Of a DNA stretch of 64,000 nt, positions 13,171 to 26,040 are shown one piece after another. The notes under the pieces were generated by a model, which was not told the DNA's origin, did not search any database, and was given only the letters and a program-made list of their open reading frames with translations. The translations under genes and the position numbers were made by a program. The stretch's first letter is position 1. Each line of letters starts with the position of its first letter. The stretch is from Octopus vulgaris (lineage: Eukaryota), in NCBI GenBank assembly GCA_951406725.2, contig OX597834.1, forward strand, positions 20,212,001 through 20,276,000, read 5' to 3'.

Positions 13171-13330
13171 GCTTCTTTCAGTTTCCATCTACCAAATCCA
13201 CTCACAAAGCTTTGGTTCGGTCCAAGGCTATAGTAGAAGACACTTGCCCAAGGTGCTATGCAGTGGGACTGAACCTAGAACCATGGAGTTGGTAAGCAAG
13301 CTATTTACCACACAGTCATGCCTGTGCCTA
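13098..13330 (-). mobile_element. SINE family A, 5' half
   Basis: cttctttcagtttccatctaccaaatccactcacaaag...gacacttgcccaagg. Confidence 0.75.
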
Positions 13331-13467
13331 TAAAAGTCAACCTCTGCAGAATCTGAACTTAGAACATAACATTAGATGAAATACCAATAAGCATTTCGCC
13401 CGGTGTGCTAATGGTTCTGCAAGCTCGTCGCCCTGTCAAGACACATTTTAGTGTTTTCTATGTATAT

Positions 13468-13886
13468 CTTTTATCTTTCTTTTATCTTTTACTTGTTTCA
13501 GTCATTTGACTGCGGCCATGCTGGAGCACCGCCTTTAGTCGAGCAAATCGACCCTGGGACTTATTCTTTGTAAGCCCAGTACTTATTCTATCGGTCTCTT
13601 TTTGCTGAACCACTAAGTGACGGGGACGTAAACACACCAGCATCGGTTGTCAAGCAATGCTAGGGGGACAAACACAGACACAAATACACACATACATATA
13701 TATATATATATATACATATATACGACAGGCTTCTTGCAGTTTCTGCCTACCAAATCCACTCACAAGGTATTGGTCGGCCCGGGGCTATAGCAGAAGACAC
13801 TTGCCCAAGATGCCACGCAGTGGGACTGAACCCGGAACCATGTGGTTGGTTAGCAAGCTACTTACCACGCAGCCACTCCTGTGCCT
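13468..13886 (-). mobile_element. SINE family A, full length
   Basis: Reverse complement colinear with 37131-37549. Confidence 0.9.
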
Positions 13887-14564
13887 ATATGTATGCTTTG
13901 TTTGTAATCATCTCTGTCTATCAACAACAATAATATTATTAAACTTTAGAAAGTTGGATATTAAACTTATTTCATTTCAACATTTTAGAAGTTTCTCATT
14001 CAAATTCTTTTCGTTTTAATTGAAAGTTTTATCTCATTTATTCCCCAACTTTATTTTTTTTTTCCAAACTTTCCCCCCTTTCACGCCATTACAAAGTCAC
14101 CAACCGACTGACCGACCGACCTACCAGCTTCCATTTGAACATAAATAAGTAAATAAATAAGTAATTTTGCTGACCTTTGATGGGTTGGTTCTGGATATTT
14201 ATTTAATATCCTCTTGATGTTTCACAAAGACATTTGAAATATTTCATTAAATTTACTTCACAATACTGAAAAATAAATACTTTTCTTTTCTACTTTATTT
14301 TCCTTTTTGGACTTGGCTTTGCAAGAATCTTGATGTGTAACTGTGTGCTGAAGCTGATTTTGTTGTATCTTGGTGGGGTCATTATGCCAATAATAAACAC
14401 ACACACACCGGTTCTATTTCACTTCACTACTATGACTAATAGCAATAATAATAATACCCCCAACACCACCACCGTCATCACGACTCTACTACTACTACCT
14501 TCACCACCACCACCACCACTACTACTACTTGTACTACTGCTACTCTTACCACCAACACCACTAT

Positions 14565-14799
14565 GAATCAGTGAGTTGGCAGATTTTGTTTGGATTTTAA
14601 GCTGAATGCTTAGTGGCATGACGTTTGTCTTCATATTCTGAGTTCAATTTTTTCCAAGGTCAACTTTGCCTTTGATCCTTTCAGGGTCGATGTAATAAGT
14701 ACCAGTTAGGCACTGGGTTCCATGTAATCTACCATCCCTCCCCAAAATTTTCAGGCCTTGTGCCTATAATAGAAAGGATTATTATTATCATCATCATCA

Positions 14800-14845
<46 letters not shown>

Positions 14846-15058
14846 GGTGGTGAGCTGGCAGAATTCTTAGAACACCGGGCAAAATACTTTGCAGTATATC
14901 GTCTGTCTTTACATTCTGAGTTCAAATTCCGCTGAGGCTGATTTTTGCTTTCCATCCTTTCGGGATCGATAGATTAAGTACCAGTGAAACACTGGGGTCA
15001 CTGTAATTGACTAGTCCCTCCCCACAAAATTTCAGGCTTTGTGCCTTTAGTAGAAAAG

Positions 15059-15060
<2 letters not shown>
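14565..15060 (+). mobile_element. Two tandem SINE family B copies (about 14565-14780 and 14844-15060), each followed by (ATT)n
   Basis: Both contain tctgagttcaa...cctttcggg...aagtaccag...cccaaaatttcaggc. Confidence 0.75.
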
Positions 15061-15112
<52 letters not shown>

Positions 15113-15857
15113 GCTATCATAAGACAGACCTGGGCATGTCATTGAGATCTCCTGACTTAAGCTGCTTTTTTACTTTCTTAGTTTTTGGATGCTTTATGAT
15201 TGAGTACCTTCAAACATAAACACAGGCAAATGGTTGCACAACCCCCAGTTTACTCAACTCCACACTACTTAAACCGACTTAACAATCAATGTAATCTTCA
15301 AGCCGTGGCCACATGGGTTGTTCAAACCACAAGCCCAGAGCCTAAGTATCAAAGCAAGTATTTCCCTGACAAGGGACTATCTTCTGCTGTTGCCCACACT
15401 ACAGTTGATCTGTCTGAAAGTACATCTGTACTCTTCCGTCAAATGATATAGCCAGTTATAAATCATTGTTGCGTGATATTTTTCAATACAAATCACATGA
15501 TATCGACATACACAAAAACATTAATTTTTATTTATTTATTTTTTTTTTATTATTATTGAAGTGCTCCAAAAATTGATAAATAGATCTCTTTCTCATTCTT
15601 CACTGTTGACCCTGGCTTTCAGAAGAATTACCAATACCTATCAAGAATATTACCCTGTAATAATAATTTTCACCAAGTCTTGGTAGTCCTTACACTGTTG
15701 ACAGCTTCATAACAAAAGACTGTAAGGGTGTATATGAACTTATTCCGATCAATACTGCTGACACTTTGGAATCGGACTAAATTCAATAACTTCTGAAAGG
15801 TAAATTTGTCTCCAGATATTAATACGCCCCCCACCCACATCATCATCATCATTGTTA

Positions 15858-15970
15858 TTACTCTTTTACTTGTTTCAGTCATTTGACTGTGGCCATGCTG
15901 GAGCACTGCCTCTAGTCGAACAAATCAACCCCAGGACATATAATCTTTGTAAGCCTAGCTCTTATTCTAT
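15858..15970 (-). mobile_element. SINE family A 3' end, truncated at the satellite
   Basis: cttttacttgtttcagtcatttgactgtggccatgctggagcac. Confidence 0.75.
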
Positions 15971-16940
15971 CATGGAAAACGAGTGGAAATTGCATAGAAA
16001 CTCTGTGGAAATAGTGCAGCAACTGAATGGAAAATGGGTGGAATTTGTGTAGATACTAGATGGAAACTGGAAATAGTGAGGAAATGGTGCAGGAACTGTA
16101 TGGAAAATGGGTGGAAATTGCATAGAAACTGCGTGGAAATAGTGCAGTAACTGAATGGAAAATGGGTGGAATTCGTGTAGATACTAGATGGAAACTGGAA
16201 ATAGTGAGGAAATGGTGCAGGAACTTCATGGAAAATGGATGGAAATTGCATAGAAACTGTGTGGAAATAGTGCAGCAACTGAATGGAAAATGGGTGGAAT
16301 TTGTGTAGATACTAGATGGAAACTGGAAATAGTGAGGAAATGGTGCAGGAACTGTATGGAAAATTGGTGGAAATTGCATAGAAACTGCGTGGAAATAGTG
16401 CAGTAACTAAATGGAAATGGGTGGAATTCGTGTAGATACTAGATGGAAACTGGAAATAGTGAGGAAATGGTGCAGGAACTGTATGGAAAATGGATGGAAA
16501 TTGCATAGAAACTGTGTGGAAATAGTGCAGCAACTGAATGGAAAATGGGTGGAATTTGTGTAGATACTAGATGAAAACTGCAAATTGTGTGGAAATAGTG
16601 AGGAAATGGTGCAGGAATTGTATGGAAAATGGGTGGAAATTGTATAGAAACTGTGTGGAAATAGTGCAGCAACTGAATGGAAAATGGGTGGAATTCATGT
16701 AGAGACTATATGGAAACTGCAAATTGTGTGGAAATAGTGAGGAAATGGTGCAGGAACTGTATGGAAAATGGGTGGAAATTGCATAGAAACTGTGTGGAAA
16801 TAGTGCAGCAACTGAATGGAAAATGGGTGGAATTTGTGTAGTTACTAGGTGGAAACTGTGGAAATAGTGAGGAAATGGTGCAGGAACTGCATGGAAAATT
16901 GATGGAAATTGCATAAAATTGTTTGGAAATAGTGTGGAAA
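15971..16940. repeat. ~128-bp GGAAA-rich satellite, about 7.5 units
   Basis: (c/t)atagaaact-like anchor at 15993, 16121, 16249, 16377, 16504, 16643, 16782, 16912 (periods 127-139). Confidence 0.9.
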
Positions 16941-17489
16941 GTGTTAGAAGTATTACTTCTGTTCTTGGGTGGTAGACTTCATGTCATTCTATTTAACACA
17001 CCCATTTAGTACTCAGGTTCCTTCAGCAGAGCCCTTGGCACAAGCTTTTCCAGACAGGTGTTGGGCCTCAAGGTAAACATTGTTAGTTTGTTTCTGCACC
17101 ACCAGTTTCAGAAACTCTATAAAGGGGTCACATGAACTGTTTCCTTTTTCCTTTTAAAAAAAAGACTACAAAATGAAAAAAAAAATGAAAAAAACCCCTA
17201 GAAAATTTCCCTGACCTATTTTGTTGCAACTATATTAATATCTCCCTATGTACTGGTAGCTCTGTTTGAAAGGGATCAAGTGGTTCAGACATCGATATAT
17301 GTATTTATGTATTTATACACACACACATGTGTGTGTTGTGTGTGCGTATATATACACACACACACCGATGGCATATTGATTTTACATTTAAGAAGACTGT
17401 GAGTAAATAGACTAAGGTTCTTTGTTTTTATTTTTGTCCCCCCCCCTCCTCCTTTCCCAAAACAAAAACACTATCAGTATTAGTGGCTT

Positions 17490-18015
17490 CATTACCATCA
17501 TCATCATCATCATCATACTCATTATCGTCGTTGTCATCATCATTATCACCATCATCATCATCATCTTTGTTTACATCATTGCCATCATCATCATTGCTGT
17601 CCCCCACCACCACCACCACCATCATCTTTATTGTTGATTGTTACCTTCATCACCATAATCATTATCAGCATCAGCATCATCAATCACCTCTGTCATCATC
17701 ATCATTACCATCATAAGCATCATCAGTCACCTCTGTCATCATCATCATCATCATCATCATCACTACCACCATGATTGCTATCATTGGGAACAACATGAGT
17801 GACATATACACTTGTGTGTGTATGTGTATGTGTGTATGTATATATGTATATGTGTGTGCATGTGTGTGTATGTATGTATGTATGTATATGCATCTGTGTG
17901 AGTCTCTCTGTGTGTATATATATCTATGCATATATATGAGTGTTTGTGTGTATGTAAGTGCATATATGTATGTATATGTGTGTGTGAGTATATATGTATG
18001 TATATATGTATGTGT

Positions 18016-18050
<35 letters not shown>

Positions 18051-18520
18051 TGTGTATATATGTATGTCTGTGAATATATATGTATATGCATATATGTGTT
18101 TATGTGTAGAAGTTTGAGTGTTTGTACATGCATTTTTATGTGTGTGTGTGTATATATGTATGTTGATATGTGTGTACAAATATATGTACATGTGTGCCTA
18201 TATGTATGTGTGCATAATGTGTATATGATTGTGTGCTTATACATACGTGTATGTGTGTATACGTATACATATGTATATGTGTGCATGTTTGTATGCATGT
18301 GTATGTATATGTGAGTATATGTGTATATGCATATGTATGTATGTATATATATACACACATATATATACACGTATACACATATACACACGTGTATATATAT
18401 ACTCACATGTGCACATATACACACACGTATACACATATACACACGTATATATATATATGTGTGTATATATATATACACACATATATATACACACACATAT
18501 ACACACATACATGTGTATGG
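17490..18520. repeat. (CAT)n then (TG)/(TA)/(CA) degenerate microsatellites
   Basis: Direct inspection. Confidence 0.85.
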
Positions 18521-18619
18521 GCACCAGTTCAGTTTGTTGGTTGTGAAAGGGAAAAGGAAAAAGAAAAGCAATTAACTAAATAGCCCCCCTCCCCACCCAA
18601 ACCCCTACCTTTCCACTTC

Positions 18620-19940
18620 AGTGACACCACCACCACCAACAACAACAACACAAAAAATAACCAGAACAAAAAAACAATAACAACAACATTTTTTTGTCTC
18701 CACCAGCACCACCTCCATCATCACAACACCCACCACCACCACCATCACCATCACCGACAACAACAACAACACCAGCAGCAGCAGCAGCTCTGCTGACATG
18801 AAAGTTAATACTTATCACTTGCAACAATGACTAACAAAAGCAAACAACAACAACAACAGCAACAACAGTAGAAACAACACTATCAGTACTATAGCCAATA
18901 CTATAGCCATTTCAACTACTGTCTCCAACCCTGTCATGACCTCCACCACCACCACCAATGCTATCATCACTATCGTTAGCAACAGCATTATTATTGTTGG
19001 TGCTGCTGCTGTTATTGATTGGCAATAGTACACCAATGTATGAATCTGATGAAAGGGAATCCATCCGTGACCACTCCATTGATGTTTGTGACGATGACCT
19101 ACTACAATGGACCACTGTAACTAGCTGCAAAGGCAACATCTATTTTATCCTCCCTGACTGCAGCTACACCACCACTACCACCACCACCATCTCCACCCTT
19201 ATGACAACTATCTCCATTTCTATGATTATGACCACAGCCACCACCACCACCATGACCATTACTGTCACTACTACTGCCACCCCATCACTACCACTACCAC
19301 TTCCATCACCACCACCATCATCATCATCACCACCATATTCACTTCCACCACTACCATCACCACCACTGATACTACTACCACCACCATTTTCACCACTAAC
19401 ACTACCACCACCATTACCACTACCACCATCATCAGGCATCACTACTAACACTACCACCACCACCACCACCACCACCACCACTACCACTTCTACCACTACT
19501 ACCACCACAACTACCACCACCTCCGTCATTACCACTATCACCACCACCACCACCACCATCACCACCACCTCTTCAAGCACCCCTGCCACCACTTCTATCA
19601 CTCTACTACTATCACCACTACCACTGTCAGCATCACTAACACCATCCTCAGGACTACTGCCAACTCTAGAACAACAACCACCATCGCCACCACTGCAACC
19701 ACCACCACCACCACCACTATCATCATCACCACCACCACCGCTGCCACTGCCAGCACCATCACCACCAACAGTAAGCTTTTTCCCACCACCCCCATCACTA
19801 CAAATGTAGGCAAAAAACACCTCTGACCTCTAACAATGATGTACAATAAACCACAATAACGATAACAACAACATGGCCATCACCACCAACATGACCCAAC
19901 ACCACCTCCTCCACCACCATCATCGTTATCACTACCAAGC
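18620..19940. repeat. Degenerate (CAC)/(CAA)/(CTA) trinucleotide field
   Basis: Direct inspection; source of the poly-T/P ORFs. Confidence 0.8.
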
Positions 19941-20212
19941 AACAATAAGAGGAAAATCATCGATGAAAAAGAAATTGAATCAAAAATACGAATCAAAAAT
20001 GCTCCCCTCCTCATCACACCCCACCACCACATACCCTACAACTGTCCTCCCTTTTCACTTCCTCCTAACGCCACCCCAACCACCCCCTTCCTAAAAATAG
20101 GAGATAAAATAGGATAAGAATAGGAGAAAAAATACCCAATTTATGTGATGTATGTGCAAATATACATACATGTGTAAATATGTATATATATATATACACA
20201 CATATATGCATT

Positions 20213-20636
20213 ATATTCTTTTATTCTTTTACTTGTTTCAGTTGTTTGATTGAGGCCATGCTGGAGCACTGCCTTTAGTCGAGTAATTTGACCCCAGGAC
20301 TTATTCTTTGTAAGCCTACTACTTATTCTATTGGTCTCTTTTTGCTGAACTGCTAAGTTACGGGGATGTAAACACACCAGCATCGGTTGTCAAGCGATGT
20401 TGGGGGGACAAACACAGGCAGACAACACACACACATACATATATATATTAAAAAAATATATATATATATATATATGTACAATGGGCTTCTTTCAGTTGCC
20501 AAATCCACTCACAAGGCTTTGGTCAGCCCAAGGCTGTCATAGACGACACTTGCCCAAAGTGTCATGCAGTGGGACTGAACCCGGAACCATGTGGTTGGGA
20601 AGCAAGCTACTTACCACATAGCCACACCTTGCGCAT
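20213..20636 (-). mobile_element. SINE family A, full length
   Basis: Reverse complement colinear with 37131-37549. Confidence 0.85.
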
Positions 20637-20689
20637 ATAAATAATGCTGGTGCTCATGTGGGATATAAATATATATATATATATATATA

Positions 20690-20752
20690 TGGTGCAGGAA
20701 TGGTTGTGTAGTGTATTTTGTAGATGGAAACTGGAAGAAGCCCATCATATAT

Positions 20753-20794
<42 letters not shown>

Positions 20795-20988
20795 ATGCGC
20801 ACGTGTGTTTGTTTGTGTGTCTGTGTTTGTCCCCCCACCATCACTTGACAACAGATGTTGGTGTGTTTACATCCCTGTAACTTAGCGGTTCAGCAAAAGA
20901 AACTGGTAGAAAAAGTACCAGGCTTACAAAGGCAGTGCTCCAGCATGGCCACGGTCAAATGACTGAAGCAAATAAAAGAATAAAAGAA
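20690..20988 (+). mobile_element. SINE family A, internally deleted
   Basis: gtagatggaaactggaagaagccc...cagcatggccacggtcaaatgactgaa. Confidence 0.75.
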
Positions 20989-21015
20989 TATATATATATG
21001 TATATATTTATATTA

Positions 21016-21062
<47 letters not shown>

Positions 21063-21066
<4 letters not shown>

Positions 21067-21352
21067 CTGTGTCCATTTGGCATTATGCTGTGCTTGTGAA
21101 GAAGACCCATCAAGTCAAGTAAAACCACAGTCATTTCAGATGGTGCTGTCACACAAGTGGCACCTATGCCAGTGGTAAGTAAAAGTACCCATTACACTCT
21201 CAGAGTGGTTGGCATTAGGAAGGGCATTCAGCTGTAGAGAACCATGCCAAGGCAGACTGGAGTCTGGTGCAACCTTCCAGCTTACCAGCCTTGGTCAAAC
21301 CATCCAACCCATGCCACCATGGACAATGGACGTTAAATGATGATGATGATAA
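21063..21352 (+). mobile_element. Old RTE 3'-end fragment
   Basis: atgctgtgcttgtgaagaagacc...gagtggttggcattaggaagggc...ggacgttaaatgatgatg. Confidence 0.7.
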
Positions 21353-21389
21353 TCATCATCATGATCATGATGATGTATGTTTGTATATA

Positions 21390-21605
21390 GTTGGAATTTA
21401 CAAAAAAACAAACAAACAAACAAAACAAAACAAAAGACGAAGGCAGGTGTGTAAACAACAAACTGATGTATTAATTTAAAACCTGGGAAGTGAAGTGAGA
21501 AAGTCTTTTACGTTTCGAGCCTACGCTCTTCAACAGAAAGGAACCCAGAAATAAACAGAGAGAGAAAATAAAAATAAGGTTACGTGGGTTGCGATCAAGC
21601 ATGGT
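21390..21605 (-). mobile_element. Hammerhead-motif short element, family H2 (Penelope pLTR-like)
   Basis: Minus strand 21505-21540 reads CTTT-CTGTTGA-A-GAGC-gtag-GCTC-GAAAC-GTA-AAAG; second copy at 26510-26695. Confidence 0.65.
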
Positions 21606-21750
21606 ACAGGTCTGTTGATGCAAACAGAAAAAGCAGAACTCACAATATGAGGATGTGTGTATTTTTGCTAATATTTAGCAGAAGCAACAGGGTAACTCAG
21701 GCTCCAAACATTTTGTGTGTTGATACTTATATATATATGCATATAAGTGA

Positions 21751-22075
21751 AGGCACATGGCTCAGTGGTTAGGGCATTCTGCTCATGATCATAAGGTCGT
21801 GAGTTCAGTTCCCAGCAATGCATTGTGTCCTTGAGTGAGACACATTATTTCACATTGCTCCAGTCCACATTGCTCAGCTGGCAAAAATGAGTGATATCTG
21901 CATTTCAAAAGGCCAGCTTTGTCACACCCTGTGTCACGCTGAATTTCTCTGAGAACTACATTAAGGGTACACATGTTTGTGGAATGCTCAGCCACTTTCA
22001 TATTAATTTCATGAGCAAGCTGTTCTGTTGATCGTATCAGCTGGGACCCTCATCATGATAACAGAGGGAGTACTC
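21751..22075 (+). mobile_element. tRNA-derived SINE family D, full length
   Basis: ggcacatggctcagtggttagg (A box) and gagttcagttcc (B box); 3' part recurs inverted at ~35130-35205. Confidence 0.7.
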
Positions 22076-22132
22076 CTATATGCATATATATTTACACACA
22101 CACACATATATATATATATTTATATATATATA

Positions 22133-22335
22133 GTTAATCCAGACATGAAAACACAAAGAGAAAACACAATGCGAGGACGTGGAACAAGTATAGTATTATT
22201 GAATGCTCAGGAAAGAAGGTAGGCTTAACGTTTCGAGCGGTGCTCTTCGTCAGAAACATAGGAAAAGAAAAGATTCAAAGAAGGGAAGACGGAGGAAAAA
22301 AATCGCCAACGGTACACACGCGGTCACATTTTGAA
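22133..22335 (-). mobile_element. Hammerhead-containing ~200-bp element, family H1, embedded in (TA)n
   Basis: Contains the hammerhead motif at 22223-22257; second copy at 63378-64000. Confidence 0.75.
22223..22257 (-). ncRNA. Minimal type-I hammerhead ribozyme motif
   Basis: GTTT-CTGACGA-A-GAGC-acc-GCTC-GAAAC-GTT-AAGC: intact CUGANGA/GAAA core, stems I and II pair, palindromic ACGT stem III, GUU cleavage triplet. Confidence 0.75.
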
Positions 22336-22351
22336 TATATATGTATATATA

Positions 22352-23010
22352 TCATTTATAAACTCTCCATTTATAAACTCTCTTGCCTCTCTCACTCCAA
22401 CACCAAAGCTTTCCTCACTCCATCCATCCACACAAACCGAGGTCTGCCTCTGGTTCTGCTGTCTACCATTTCTGCCATTTCTGCCTCCTCACCATCCGCT
22501 CCTCATACATCCTCTCCATGTGGCCAAACCACCTCAGCATTCATCTATCCATTTTGGCTGTTAGATTTTCTCTCATTCCTGCTGGTCTTCGCACCTCCAC
22601 GTTCCTCATCCTGTCCATCCCTGTCACACCAGCCATAGCCCTCAGACATCTCATCTCAAACACATCTAGTTGCCTCCTTTCCACCTCTCTCAGCCTTCAC
22701 ATCTCTGCACCATATAACAAGGCAAGAGGGTTTATAAATGAGAGGAAAGCTTGGAGAGGGTTTGTGGATGGATGAGTGAATTTTGATGTTGCTCAAAGGG
22801 GTAGGGAACCGGAATGATGCTGCAGGGGTAAACCAGCGTGTGCTGTCAGGCCCACTGCTGATACTGGGAGTTGCATTCTATGCCTTCACCCAAGCATAGA
22901 ATGGGGTTTGCCTATTTGAGCTGGGAAATGAATGGAATGCCTGGTGTGTGTCTTGTTGTGGCTACCCATTCCTAAAACAAAATGGGGAATAGACCTGGGT
23001 ACATAAAAGA
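22352..23010 (+). mobile_element. RTE-type LINE (different family) with inverted 5' segment
   Basis: 22352-22718 minus encodes LYGAE...VFEMRCLRAMAGVT..DRMRN..VRR...LRWFGHMERM; 22720 onward plus encodes ARGFINERKAWRGFVDG* then 3'UTR. Confidence 0.8.
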
Positions 23011-23114
23011 ATATATGCATATGTCTCCCTCTCTCTCTGTCTCGTTCTCTCTCTCTCTCTATATATATATATACATATAGATGAAATTTATATATATATA
23101 TATATATATATACC

Positions 23115-23275
23115 ATCATCATCATTATCATTATCATTTAACATCCGTTTTCCATGCTGGCATGGGTTGGACGGCTTGACTGAAATCTGGTAAGTTAGGG
23201 AGGTGCACCAAGTTCCAATCTGGTTTGGTATGGTTTCTACAGCTGGATGCCCTTCCTAATGCCAACCACTCCAAG
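23115..23275 (-). mobile_element. RTE 3'-end fragment
   Basis: tttaacatccgttttccatgctggcatgggttggacgg...ggatgcccttcctaatgccaacc. Confidence 0.75.
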
Positions 23276-23289
23276 ATTGCCTCTATAAC

Positions 23290-23905
23290 TGACAAGATGC
23301 CGGAGCAGTTTTCTGCCCTGACATCTGAAACTCGGAGTCTTATTATGGGATGCTTGCCTCAATAACTAACGAGATGCTGTGGCTGTCTTTATAGTGTCGT
23401 AGTAATGGATAGTTTAAAGGTCTACTTTGAATCAATGTGATGGCCATAGTTGAGAACAATAGTCCAGGCAGCTGAGAAAAAAGGTCTTCCTCAGGGTCAA
23501 CACGACTTCTTGGTTTCTTATCTTGAAGGACCTTACTATCCATTCTGCCACTTGTTTTCTCTTTGTCTATAGGACACGACGACATCATAACTCATACTGA
23601 TTCTCTAATCTCTCATTGTCTGCATCTCAGAAATTACAGCATCTTCTCATCTTGTATAGGCAGGCTGTGGAAAATTTGCAAGCTGATAGCACAGTGGTTA
23701 AAATTTTCTGGCATTCAGTTGCATGCTGTTTTGTTCAACCCACTTGTAAATTGCATTTGGGTCCTGCTGCAAACTTGTGTCAGTGTCTGAGTTCTTTGCT
23801 GCAGGTGATAATTTTGTATCATCAGTGTAGCCAGTGACACTGGCTGTCTGAATGACCATGCGTGACCAGAGACAGTCCCTATAAACCGTAACGAATGGCC
23901 CTAGG
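23290..23905 (-). mobile_element. Degraded CR1-like LINE RT fragment
   Basis: LGP...GYTDDTKL...LQQDPNAIYKWVEQNSMQLNARKF and, frameshifted, WIVRSFKIRNQEVVLTLRKTFFLSCLDYCSQLWP: CR1/L2-group RT motifs. Confidence 0.8.
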
Positions 23906-24090
23906 ATATGTATGTGTGTGTGTGTATATATAACATATATATATGTATATAGATAAAACATATATATGTATATATATAAAACATATATATATGTATATAT
24001 ACCACACACACACACACATATATATATGTATGCAAAACACACACATATATATATATATGTATGTATGTATATATAACATCTATCTATCTG

Positions 24091-24137
<47 letters not shown>

Positions 24138-25492
24138 GAGCACATACAAATATATATATTTATACACATGCACACACATACATGCAAATATATGGATATA
24201 CATACAAGCATACAAACATCCATATATATATATATATAGGTACATATATAGATAGATAGATATTGATTTCATAAGTAATATTTCATTATCAAACTGAGAG
24301 GGAGAGAGAACGATGGAGAGAGGAAAGGAAAGCCTCATTTCATTTCAGCAGCTCAATAGAATATCGGATAATTTTAGTTCAATATCAAAAGCTATCACAT
24401 CGTTCCAGCATGAAAGGAAGCATTCACAACTTTATGGCTAACAAATGGAGCATCGATTTGCTTGTATGTGTGACAAACCCACAAGTCAGCTCAAGAAATG
24501 TTGTCTTTCATCTCTGGGCTTTCAGATCTCTGGGCCAGTTCTTTAGATCTGTTTATGTACGTCCGTGTGTATGTGTGTGTGAATGTCTGCCAACGTGCAT
24601 GACCTTACAGTCCGAGGTATCCTAACTCACTTTCACTTTCTCTTTCTCTTTTTCTCTCTCTCTCTCTCTCATTCATTTATGTTGTCTGCCGTCTGATAGG
24701 GTTCTTTGCAGGTCTGTCTGTCTGTCTGTCTGTCTGTATCTGTGTGTGGGAGTGTGTATGTGTGTATTTAAAGTTCTGTCTTCATTTCTTTGTGTATATA
24801 GGTATGTATATATATATGTGTATTTATGTGTATATTTGTATATATGCATACGCACACACACTCATACACACACACACTCATACACACACATATATATATA
24901 TGTGTGTCTGCATATATATAAGTGTGTGTGAGCGTGGGTGCATGTGTATTTATAGATATTTAATTTTATATATATATATGTATTTAATCATATATATATA
25001 TACACACACATGCACACACACACACATACATAAATACCTACATATATATACATATATATATATATATATTTATATACACATACACATATACTTGTACCCA
25101 TAAATACATACATATATACATGCATACACATCTCTCTCTTTCACCCCTCTCTCTATCCCTCCCTCTACCTCCCCCTCCATCCGTCTGTCCCCCCCCCACC
25201 AAATGCTAACAGCTGACTTTGTAAAGTAGTGCTTTATCTCTCAGACAAGGGAAAAGTCTATTCGACACTATTATTCAGGCACATTTATAGAAATAAATAA
25301 ATAGATAAATAAATAGTAATAATGATAAACAAATAAATGAATAAAACAGCACCTATAATAAGATCAAAAACACAAAAACAGTAAAGAAATATTGTGACCT
25401 ATTGAAATATTCCCTACATGTTGAGAAATGAGTGGTGTATATCGCTGAACTGTTGATGATAACTGAAACATAGATATACACTCATACATCCC

Positions 25493-25494
<2 letters not shown>

Positions 25495-25524
<30 letters not shown>

Positions 25525-25622
25525 ACATGCATATACATTTATGTATGTATATATAACATCTATCTCTCTATCTATCTGTCTCATTCTCTCTCTCTATATA
25601 TATATTTATGTATATATACATG

Positions 25623-25668
<46 letters not shown>

Positions 25669-25879
25669 TATATACACACAGTCATATACATATATATATC
25701 ATACATATAGACAGCATACATATACAGATATATATGTGTGTGTGTGTGCATATATTTGTATGTGTTTATAAATATATATATATATAACTTGCATATACAT
25801 TTATGTATGTATGTATATATAACATCTATCTATCTGTCTGTCTGTCTCACTCTCTCTCTGTATATATATTTATGTATAT

Positions 25880-25910
<31 letters not shown>

Positions 25911-26040
25911 TTTATATATATATATATACACAGTCATATACATATATATAACATACATATAGACAGCATACATATGTATTTGTGTGTGTGTGTGTGTGTG
26001 TGCATATATTTGTATGTGTTTTTATATATATATATATATG
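25495..26040. repeat. Local ~260-bp direct duplication of microsatellite-rich DNA
   Basis: tgcatatacatttatgtatg...aacatctatc...cagtcatataca...gacagcatac occurs twice. Confidence 0.75.

Noticed and set aside
18958-19809. 283-aa mucin/extensin-like ORF with hydrophobic N-terminus
   Set aside because: Explained by degenerate (CAC)/(CTA) repeats open in several frames and both strands; no splice or domain evidence
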